Positions 49,909 through 57,855 of a stretch of DNA of 64,000 nt are shown in pieces. Source of the DNA: Oceanispirochaeta sp. Its GTDB lineage: Bacteria > Spirochaetota > Spirochaetia > DSM-2461. Under the pieces are notes generated by a model, which saw nothing but the letters and a program-made list of their open reading frames with translations, ran no database searches and had not been told where the DNA came from. The stretch's first letter is position 1, and the number at the start of each line of letters is the position of its first letter. Made by a program: the position numbers and the translations under genes. The stretch covers positions 2,496,001 through 2,560,000 of the forward strand of contig CAXXOA010000001.1 in NCBI GenBank assembly GCA_963666275.2, given 5' to 3'.

Positions 49909-49960
49909 ATAGAGGAAAAGGGGTAAAATAGCCTTTTACAGGGAATTCAGAGAAAGAGAG

Positions 49961-50021
49961 AGTGTTCCGTTGCTCCACAATGGAACACTCTGTTCCCGGA
50001 GGGGTGTTCCATTATGGAGCA
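49961..50021. promoter_or_regulatory. Upstream activator sequences for the sigma54 activator
   Basis: TGCTCCACAATGGAACAC (49971-49988) and GTGTTCCATTATGGAGCA (50004-50021) are inverted copies; extra TGTTCC half-sites nearby. Confidence 0.7.
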
Positions 50022-50028
50022 GTCTATG

Positions 50029-51906
50029 TTACTGGGGAACAGGAATTCCGAAGATCCGGATTTTCCGGTACAGGGTGTTCCGTCCTATTTTCAGCTGCCT
50101 GGCGGAACTGGCAATATTGAAGCGGTTCTCTTCCAGCACACGGCTGATATAGTGCTTCTCCACCTCTTCCAGGGCTTCTGCTCTGTCCGCAGGGATTTCC
50201 AGAGGACTGCCGGCGGGTACAGGCTCTGAAAAAAGAGCCGGGACCTTTTCGGAATTAGTCATAAGCTCCACAACGTTTTCAAGCTCCCGGATATTCCCCG
50301 GCCAGCTGTACCGGCAGAACCGGGCCATCTGTTCGGTCGTCACGGGAACTTCCCGTTTGTTGATTCTCCGGGAGATCTTTCTGCTGTAGTACTCGATGAG
50401 CAGAGGGATATCCTCGCTCCGTTCCCGAAGCGCCGGGAGCTTTATGGGAAGCACATTGAGCCTGTAGTAGAGATCGCTCCGGAAGAGGCCTTCCTGAACC
50501 TCCCGGGTCAGATCTTTGTTGGTGGCTGCGATGATCCTGACATCCACGGGAATGGGCTCATTGCCGCCCAGACGGGTGACAATGCTCTCTTCGATGACCC
50601 GGAGCAGTTTGACCTGCATGTCCAGGGGCATTTCACCGATCTCATCCAGAAAGAGGGTTCCACCGTCGGCAATTTCAAACTTGCCCGCCTGCCCCCCCTT
50701 CCGGGCTCCCGTAAAGGCTCCGTCGTTATACCCGAATAGCTCGGATTCGATGAGTGTGCCCGGGATGGCGCCGCAATTGATGACCACAAAGGCTTCGTCC
50801 CTGCGGGAACTGCAGTTATGGATGGACTGGGCAAAGATCTCCTTTCCCGTACCGCTCTCTCCCGAAATCAGCACCGTAGACTTGCTGTCGGCTACTTTGC
50901 GGGCAAAGTCCACAGCATCCAGAAAGGTTTCGGACTGACCTATCATCTTGTCAAAGGTGTAGATTGCCTTTCTGCCCAGGATTTCGTTGGCATGCTTACG
51001 CACATGTTTGACGTCTTTCACAACAATAATGACCGCAGAAATGGAGGAGTCCCCGGAAACCACAGGATAGGCGCTGATATTGAAGTAGATTTTGTTTTTT
51101 TTCGTATTCAGCAGCAGGTCCCGGTTCTGGAACTCCTCACCCGAGAGGGCTGCGGTTTTAATGTTTTCCCAGGAGGGGATCAGGGAGGAGATGGAACGGG
51201 AAAAGAGAGACTCCTCCTCTTCTCCCAGGAGTGAGAATGTCTGATCATTGGCAGTCAGGATCGTTCCGTCCAGGCTGCAGGAGAGGATCCCCGCCTGGAT
51301 GGAGTTCATCAGCTTCTCCGTAAACAGATTGTTCTGCTTCAGCAGAGTATTGTTCTGTTTGAGCCGGATAGTTTTTTCTATGGCGTTCACCGCGGCCACT
51401 ACCATTCCCAGGGTATGGGTATTCACATTTTCAATGGCCCCCGTCAGATCAAGGCAGCCGATGATCTCCCCTTCGGGACTCCGGATAGGAGCGGCCGAAC
51501 AGGTCCAGCGGTAGTATTCCTTGATAAAATGCTCTTTTCCGGATATCTGCACGGGCTGCTGTTCTTCCAGTGAAGTTCCCATGGCATTGGTCCCTATATT
51601 CTGCTCGTCCATAAAGGCACCGGGAATCATTTTCAGGGAGATTGCTTCCTCCAGGATGTTTTCATCACCGATGACCCGGAGAATGCAGCCGTCCCTGTCG
51701 GTGAGGATGGAGAAAAAACTGGTCCCTTTGAGAAAGTTGTAAAGATGGTGAATAAAAGGCTCGGCCACCTGGATGAGATCTTTTTCCCCCTCCAGACGTT
51801 GGTAGAGTTCGTTACCTTCCAGAATGCGGTTGCTGTAGACAAGATCCTTGTAGAGGCCGTACTTCTGACAGCGCGAAAAAGACTGGCGGACATACTCTTT
51901 GGTCAT
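50029..51906 (-). CDS. sigma54-dependent activator (GAF-PAS-AAA+-Fis, AcoR-like)
   Basis: GTNAMGT GAF, GESGTGKE, GAFTGA, FLDEIGE, WPGNIRELEN, C-terminal HTH; start MTKEY at 51906. Confidence 0.92.
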   Translation of the reverse strand: MTKEYVRQSFSRCQKYGLYKDLVYSNRILEGNELYQRLEGEKDLIQVAEPFIHHLYNFLKGTSFFSILTDRDGCILRVIGDENILEEAISLKMIPGAFMDEQNIGTNAMGTSLEEQQPVQISGKEHFIKEYYRWTCSAAPIRSPEGEIIGCLDLTGAIENVNTHTLGMVVAAVNAIEKTIRLKQNNTLLKQNNLFTEKLMNSIQAGILSCSLDGTILTANDQTFSLLGEEEESLFSRSISSLIPSWENIKTAALSGEEFQNRDLLLNTKKNKIYFNISAYPVVSGDSSISAVIIVVKDVKHVRKHANEILGRKAIYTFDKMIGQSETFLDAVDFARKVADSKSTVLISGESGTGKEIFAQSIHNCSSRRDEAFVVINCGAIPGTLIESELFGYNDGAFTGARKGGQAGKFEIADGGTLFLDEIGEMPLDMQVKLLRVIEESIVTRLGGNEPIPVDVRIIAATNKDLTREVQEGLFRSDLYYRLNVLPIKLPALRERSEDIPLLIEYYSRKISRRINKREVPVTTEQMARFCRYSWPGNIRELENVVELMTNSEKVPALFSEPVPAGSPLEIPADRAEALEEVEKHYISRVLEENRFNIASSARQLKIGRNTLYRKIRIFGIPVPQ

Positions 51907-52096
51907 TTCCTTCTCCTGAAATGTTTTGAAATGATAATAAAAACAACAGTGAGGTTGATCCTGTGAAGTAGTGCTATTGTAGCCCTCTAAAGGGAAAACG
52001 GGCAAGGAAAAGTTGTTATCCCCGGGGATTCCTATGAGAGGGTATATTTTTATAAGAACCCTGAGGATGTACCACTCAGGGCCGTATTTATGAGAG

Positions 52097-53053
52097 TTAA
52101 AGCTTTTCTACAAAGTCCCGATCCAGACCTGTTATTTCTACAATCTGGTTCAGGGAGTAATTTTTCTTTTTCATGGACCTGGCAATTTCTGAATTCCGGA
52201 CATCCCGGCCTAATTCAAGTCCTTCTTCACGGCCTTCTTCCCGGCCTAATTCCCGGCCTAATTCGAGACCTTCCTCCCGGCCCTGTTCCCGGCCGATTTC
52301 AAGACCTTCTTCTCTGCCGTCACTTATGGCCTGGGCTTTATCCCGTTCATATTTCATCCGGGCTTCATAGCGTTCCAGGTATTCGTCATTGGCAGTGAAT
52401 TTGTTAAAGGTGTCATGTGCCTGCTGAAAAATCGGATCTTCTTTGATAATGATTTTCATATCCTCTTCCTCCCATACGCCCTCTTCTTTAAAGTACCAGG
52501 CCCATTGACTGAGTCGGTCAGCTGGGACCTTCTGATCTGTATGAGGTTCTATTTTCGGTAGTTCAATATAATGGATCTGCAGATGGTCTGTCAAAATGGA
52601 AACTGAGTCATCCAGATCGCTGATCATATGACAGCTGTGAAACTGATTCTCCTTTTTGTCCGGGAAAAGCGTGAAATTCAGAAGATTAATACAAATCACA
52701 GGATTCAGCTTTTTATACTGGTGCCCTTCCTGCAGCTGGGAAGAGTAGATCTTCGCCCAGTAGTAGAGACTCCTCTGGATGAATTCACTGTTTCCGATGC
52801 TCTGGATTTCAATGTCGTAGATTTTTCCCGACTGGTCTTTGGCTTTGACATCCAGGACACTCTCTTTTTCGCTGAAAACAGTTCTCAGATTGACAGGATT
52901 TTTTATTTCCAAACTTGTGACTGTTGAGAACCCCCGGTCCTCCAGGACGGCATTGATAAAATCCTTTAATAGAGGAAGATTTTCCTCCTGTCCCAGGAGA
53001 ACCCGTACCATGATATCCGATGTTGCTCTGATCCAGCTTGCCATTTCTTCCAT
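52097..53053 (-). CDS. Rpn-family PD-(D/E)XK nuclease (recombination-promoting nuclease/putative transposase)
   Basis: LDVKA...YDIEIQ, RSLYYWAKIY, IHYIELPK, GREEG repeats and C-terminal HTH. Confidence 0.9.
   Translation of the reverse strand: MEEMASWIRATSDIMVRVLLGQEENLPLLKDFINAVLEDRGFSTVTSLEIKNPVNLRTVFSEKESVLDVKAKDQSGKIYDIEIQSIGNSEFIQRSLYYWAKIYSSQLQEGHQYKKLNPVICINLLNFTLFPDKKENQFHSCHMISDLDDSVSILTDHLQIHYIELPKIEPHTDQKVPADRLSQWAWYFKEEGVWEEEDMKIIIKEDPIFQQAHDTFNKFTANDEYLERYEARMKYERDKAQAISDGREEGLEIGREQGREEGLELGRELGREEGREEGLELGRDVRNSEIARSMKKKNYSLNQIVEITGLDRDFVEKL
52195..52320 (-). repeat. Imperfect 12-bp repeats encoding GREE/GLEL/GREL in the Rpn C-terminus
   Basis: Repeated CCCGGCC..TTC units; protein GREEGLEIGREQGREEGLELGRELGREEGREEGLELGR. 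Confidence 0.75.
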
Positions 53054-53172
53054 TATAAACCTCCCTTTCAGAACTAACAACGCCTGAAACAGGAGGAGTG
53101 ATTCAATTTCTGCTAAAATAATTCATGGGAAACGGATTGGACTTTGAGGGAATTGATACAGAAGTCAGCCTG

Positions 53173-53292
53173 TCAGGAGTGGTTATGGATGTACTCTCTC
53201 AGGGCCATATTCATAAGGGTCTGATAAGGAGTTTTCTGTTCTCCCGCCAGTTTTTTGAAATAGTGTTTTTTATTATATTTTTGAATCACCAC
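53173..53292 (-). pseudogene. BrnA-type antitoxin C-terminal fragment
   Basis: Manual translation: VVIQKYNKKHYFKKLAGEQKTPYQTLMNMALREYIHNHS; YFK..A....PYQTL.N..LR resembles the BrnA RHH; N-terminus and toxin absent. Confidence 0.6.
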
Positions 53293-53346
53293 ACCCCTTT
53301 CACTTGTTGATGAGAGTAAACAGAGATAAAATTAAAGGGAGAGAAT

Positions 53347-53685
53347 ATGGGGTTAAAGGCTGTGAATGAAGAGCAGAAAGCAATCATTGAATATATCAAA
53401 GAGCATTTTGTAGGCTGGCTGGAAGAGAAGAATATCATTCCCTTTCCCCAGCCATCCGGCTCTTTTGATAAAGAACTGCTGGAACGAATGGTTCGGGTTG
53501 AAGAGGAAATCAAACGGCAGAATGAGAAATTTGATCATATGAAAGATAAATTCGATTATTTAAATGATAAGTTTGATTTCATGATGGCTCAGACAGAAAA
53601 GCGCTTTAATAGACAGTTTCTTTTTCAACTGGCGACTTTTTCTGCGATTGTAGGAAGTGCGGTAGCCATACTTCTGCAAGGATAG
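53347..53685 (+). CDS. Coiled-coil, C-terminally anchored protein (Bdr/DUF1640-like), copy 2
   Basis: Paralog of 46300..46686 (EYIKEHFVGWLEEKN, LLERMVRVEEE, QLATF.AIVGSA.AILLQG). Confidence 0.6.
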   Translation: MGLKAVNEEQKAIIEYIKEHFVGWLEEKNIIPFPQPSGSFDKELLERMVRVEEEIKRQNEKFDHMKDKFDYLNDKFDFMMAQTEKRFNRQFLFQLATFSAIVGSAVAILLQG

Positions 53686-53703
53686 GATTTTAACCCGGTT
53701 CTA

Positions 53704-53931
53704 TTAGAGTTTCCTGAGGAACTCATTGAGTATTTTTTCCGTTATCTCTGGATTTATCTGATGAATCTTCTCTGCAATGCCTTTCGCTCTACTTTTCTTA
53801 ATTTGATCACTTTCTACAAGAAATAAGATCATTTTCAGCCCCCAAATGGGCTCTAATCTCCGGAGCTGGCACTCTCTTCGTAATGCGTTGTCGTTGGTCA
53901 AACATACTGCTGAATACTGTTGTGCATGCAT
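53704..53931 (-). pseudogene. Truncated PIN-domain protein (C-terminal half)
   Basis: CLTNDNALRREC...IWGL resembles the C-terminal part of PIN proteins found after XRE-ImmA genes; N-terminal catalytic Asp region missing. Confidence 0.55.
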
Positions 53932-53933
53932 CT

Positions 53934-55052
53934 TTATGTTTCTTCATCCAGCTCCAGTTCTCTCCAGGCGACAATGAGCTTCCGCATTTCAGAAACGGAC
54001 TTCTCAAGGATCTCTCCTGCTTTGGTTATGGAAATGCGATCAGAAAAATAGGCTTTTCGGACAAGTCCGGCGAAATGGTCTTCCAACAAATCATAACTGG
54101 TCAGGGATTCCGGTTCGTAATAATTTTTCAGATCATGGTGATATTTTTCTTTGTATGCCATACTGAATTTCCTATAAATAGTCCCGGGATCATAGTGAGG
54201 AAAGATCTGGCTGAGCCGTATGAGTACAGTTTTATAGCTGACCCGGTACATCTTCTTTATTTTCAGTACTCTATCCACCCAGTGGAGTCCTTCGGCTTCA
54301 TTCCACTCTTTCTTCAAGGCTACAGTGGGCAGCAAGAACTCTCCAGCAAAGCGGTCGGCTTCCTTTTCCTGTTCATCACTCCCCTCCTCTATAGACTCTA
54401 TACTGTCATAACTGCCTGGGTGCATCAAAAGATGCCCTAATTCATGAGCAATGGTAAAAATTCTCCGTTCTATAGAGACGTCTTTTTCTGCATTTATAAC
54501 GATCGCCGGTCCCAGGTCTCTATCTGATACAGACAGGCCAAAGGTCTTTTTAAAGCCGAAGTGGTGAAGATAGAGCTTGATTCCGGCTTTTTCAATTTCT
54601 GCAGGCAGATCATATAAGGGTTGATCTTTCAAGAGTCCTAATTTCTTTCTGACTTCCCGGGCGGTCTCTTCGGGAGTAGTCATTTCTAAATTCTCAAAAA
54701 GGTCATTCCTTTTCTCATCCAGCATTTTTTCCAGGTCATGATAATTTTTCAGCCACTGGGCAGTTTTATAGAGCATCTGATCCCGTTCCGCTTTTTCCCG
54801 GGCTGAGAGGGTTTTATTAGTTCTGAAGCGCAGGCTTTTCAGTTTGGGAGCATCTGAGAGTATTTCATTGAGGCTGACTCCAAGGGCATTGCCGAACTTT
54901 ATGAGGGTGGAAGATTGGGGTTCGGAGCGTCCGTTTAATATGTTGGAAATGGTTGCGGTTCCGACTTCCATTTCTTTTGCCAGTTTGGCTATGGTGTAGC
55001 CTTTCAGTTTCATGAGGCGTCTGAGGTTGGGGCCGATATCCTGAATTGACAT
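53934..55052 (-). CDS. XRE HTH + ImmA/IrrE metallopeptidase fusion
   Basis: N-terminal HTH, RRIFTIAHELGH (HExxH), EKEADRFAGEFLLP. Confidence 0.92.
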   Translation of the reverse strand: MSIQDIGPNLRRLMKLKGYTIAKLAKEMEVGTATISNILNGRSEPQSSTLIKFGNALGVSLNEILSDAPKLKSLRFRTNKTLSAREKAERDQMLYKTAQWLKNYHDLEKMLDEKRNDLFENLEMTTPEETAREVRKKLGLLKDQPLYDLPAEIEKAGIKLYLHHFGFKKTFGLSVSDRDLGPAIVINAEKDVSIERRIFTIAHELGHLLMHPGSYDSIESIEEGSDEQEKEADRFAGEFLLPTVALKKEWNEAEGLHWVDRVLKIKKMYRVSYKTVLIRLSQIFPHYDPGTIYRKFSMAYKEKYHHDLKNYYEPESLTSYDLLEDHFAGLVRKAYFSDRISITKAGEILEKSVSEMRKLIVAWRELELDEET

Positions 55053-55369
55053 GGGAATCTCCTTATATATTATATTATAAGGAACTATTTGATAATTCGC
55101 AATTATTGTTTTTAAATAGTTTAGTATCTATAATCAGGTTTTTTAAAATTTAAAATTTCATGTTAAAAGAGCAATTTATTTGGAAGTCAACAACAGCGCA
55201 TAAAAATGATTTAAAACAGTAAGAATTTAAAGTAGATTTTTAATGAGACCAGTCATATAAATGACGAATTTGTTCACATAAAACTGATACCATAGACAAT
55301 AGAACCGTAGTCGTGATGAAATTTTATGGATTATAGGAACTGTAAAATAGACGGTTGCCAATAAGCCCT

Positions 55370-57826
55370 TTATGAAGCGGCTGTATCTGCATACAAATAT
55401 TCCTGGAACCCGATAAACGTCTCCCGGATAGATTGTATATTCCCCAATTTTGCTTTGGCATCGGCAATAGCCTTATATTTCAAGATTAAAAGGCTGGACA
55501 ATTTGTCATCGTCCAATTCTGAAACACCTTCCGACACATATTGGGACAAAACAAAATTCAAAAAATCCTGCTGGTTCTTATTGTATGAGTCAAAGTGGAT
55601 CTCCGCCTGTTCTGCTCGGTGCAATCTCGGAACCATATTTTTATGATAGGCAACATAATTAAGCACATCAAACAGATCGCTATCTTCCCCGTGAACGAGT
55701 TTACTCAATTCTGTTAATTGTTCTTGAGTGTACCCTCTCTCACAAAGCTCTTCTAACAATCGTCTTCTTGTAGAAGGCAAACTCCACATTTTTCGCAGTT
55801 CTTCTTCGCTGGAAAAAAATGATGGCAAATCGCCAAATAACTGCCTTATAAATTCTTCAGCTGAAATGGGTTTTCCTGTAGGGCTATAGAAACTCGTTTT
55901 CATCATTTTATCCAGTTCACGGACTTTATTATCAGAAAGTTTTACCCGTATCATTTGCCGTGACTGATTGTCACAAACACAAGGATCATTTCCACAAACA
56001 GGACATATTTGAGGTTCCGGTTTTTCACAGATGCAAGGCCGCTTGCCGCAAATGTTACATACCTTTGGAGGGCATATACAAGGATATTGGCCGCATCTTT
56101 TACAGATTTCCGGTTTAAAAGGTTCCCCATCCCATTCGGGGTCCTGAAAATGTTTACTGGCTTTAACAAAATCATAGATGGTAAAATAATCTTTTCCATC
56201 GTATAAACGAGTTCCCCGTCCTACAATCTGTTTAAACTCAACCATAGAGTTAACGGAACGAAGCAAAATAATATTCCGAATTTCAGGAGCATCCACTCCA
56301 GTACTCAATTTTTGTGATGTAGTGAGAACTGTGGGAATACTCTTTTCATTATCCTGAAAATCCCGTAAATGCTGCTCTCCCATCTTCCCATCATGGGCTG
56401 TAACCCGATGGCAGTAATTGGGATTACGGCTTACAGCAAACTGATTAATAAGATCCCGAATGGCTGCTGCATGAATTTGGGTAGCACAAAAAACAAGGGA
56501 CTTTTGGTTCTGATTGATCTCGTCCATAAAGGTTTTTACCCGAAACTTCTCAATATCCATAATTTCTATAATGCGATTTTGTTCATCCTGGGTGTATTCC
56601 CGGCCGACTTCGATTTCACCTTCCAGAACTGTATCATCATCGGTATAGGTATAACTGTCTCCTGTTGTGGATATCTCTTTAACCTTAAAAGGTGTTAAGA
56701 ATCCATCATTAATCCCTTCTTTCAGGGAGTAGATATAAACAGGCTTTCCAAAATACTCATAAGTATCTTTGTTCACATCCCGTTTGGGAGTTGCGGTTAA
56801 ACCAAGCTGCACGGCAGGACTAAAGTATTCCAGAATAGAACGCCAGGAACTCTCATCATTGGCGCCGCCACGGTGGCATTCGTCTATAATAATAAAATCA
56901 AAATAATCTTTGGGGTACTGTCCAAAATTGAATTGATCCGGGCCGTATTTCTGTTTCGGCTCGGCTGCCATGTCTTCAATCGTGTTATTCTGCCGAGATT
57001 CGGTCATAAAAGTCTGAAAAATTGTAAAGAATATGCTGCCGTTCTTAGGAACTTTCCCTTTTTTCCGGATTTCATCGGAAGCAATACGCACCAGAGCATC
57101 TTCCTCAAAGGCGTTAAAAGCATTAAATGCCTGATCGGCTAATATATTCCGGTCTGCTAAAAATAGAATTCGAGGGCTACGAAGCCCGTCTCTTCTCAGG
57201 TTCCATTTAGCATGAAACAACTTCCAGGCAATTTGAAAGGCTATGGCAGTTTTACCGGTTCCTGTTGCCAGGGTGAGAAGGATTCGGTCTTCTCCATCGG
57301 CAACAGCTTCCAAAACCTTGGCAACAGCATTTTCCTGATAGTATCTGGGCTGCCAGGTTCCGCTCCGGTCTTCAAAAGGAACAGCAAAGAGGCGTTCCCT
57401 CCAACTGGCTTTTTCTGTCTGTATAGCATTGATAGGAGCAGGAAACGTCATTTCCCAAAGTTCATCAGGGGTGGGGTATTTTTCAATATCCCCTTCGGTT
57501 CCCTGATCCATGTCGATACCATAGATCCTTAAACCATTCGTCGAATAGGTATAGCGGATATGCAAGCGTTCAGCGTAATCTTTTGCCTGGCCTACACCAT
57601 CGGTATAGTAAATGTCCCGGGCCTTGGCCTCGACCACAGCCAAGTTGCGGTTTTTGTACTGAAGCACATAGTCGGCTTTTAAAGGCTTGGCTCTCCGGCC
57701 CTGCCCTAAAATCCGTCCTTGAGAAATAGGAAATTGCTTACGGACACGGCTGCCTTCTACCTCTCCCCAACCGGCTTTTTTTAAAGCAGGATCTATGTAT
57801 TCAAACTCTGTTTGTGCTTCATTCAT
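55370..57826 (-). CDS. hsdR: Type I restriction enzyme R subunit (EcoAI/EcoEI-like)
   Basis: ADYVL...VEAK nuclease, ATGTGKT, DECH, TATP, QIVGRGTR; start MNEAQT at 57826. Confidence 0.93.
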   Translation of the reverse strand: MNEAQTEFEYIDPALKKAGWGEVEGSRVRKQFPISQGRILGQGRRAKPLKADYVLQYKNRNLAVVEAKARDIYYTDGVGQAKDYAERLHIRYTYSTNGLRIYGIDMDQGTEGDIEKYPTPDELWEMTFPAPINAIQTEKASWRERLFAVPFEDRSGTWQPRYYQENAVAKVLEAVADGEDRILLTLATGTGKTAIAFQIAWKLFHAKWNLRRDGLRSPRILFLADRNILADQAFNAFNAFEEDALVRIASDEIRKKGKVPKNGSIFFTIFQTFMTESRQNNTIEDMAAEPKQKYGPDQFNFGQYPKDYFDFIIIDECHRGGANDESSWRSILEYFSPAVQLGLTATPKRDVNKDTYEYFGKPVYIYSLKEGINDGFLTPFKVKEISTTGDSYTYTDDDTVLEGEIEVGREYTQDEQNRIIEIMDIEKFRVKTFMDEINQNQKSLVFCATQIHAAAIRDLINQFAVSRNPNYCHRVTAHDGKMGEQHLRDFQDNEKSIPTVLTTSQKLSTGVDAPEIRNIILLRSVNSMVEFKQIVGRGTRLYDGKDYFTIYDFVKASKHFQDPEWDGEPFKPEICKRCGQYPCICPPKVCNICGKRPCICEKPEPQICPVCGNDPCVCDNQSRQMIRVKLSDNKVRELDKMMKTSFYSPTGKPISAEEFIRQLFGDLPSFFSSEEELRKMWSLPSTRRRLLEELCERGYTQEQLTELSKLVHGEDSDLFDVLNYVAYHKNMVPRLHRAEQAEIHFDSYNKNQQDFLNFVLSQYVSEGVSELDDDKLSSLLILKYKAIADAKAKLGNIQSIRETFIGFQEYLYADTAAS

Positions 57827-57855
57827 TTGATTACTCTTTTCTCTCGTATCTTGTT

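Noticed and set aside
52097..53053. rpn as an IS transposase
   Set aside because: No terminal inverted repeats or target duplications seen; the family is better explained as a nuclease/toxin-antitoxin.
52000..55370. Integrase, tRNA or att site at the defence island boundary
   Set aside because: No integrase ORF, tRNA cloverleaf or att-like repeat found; the other end of the island lies outside the window.
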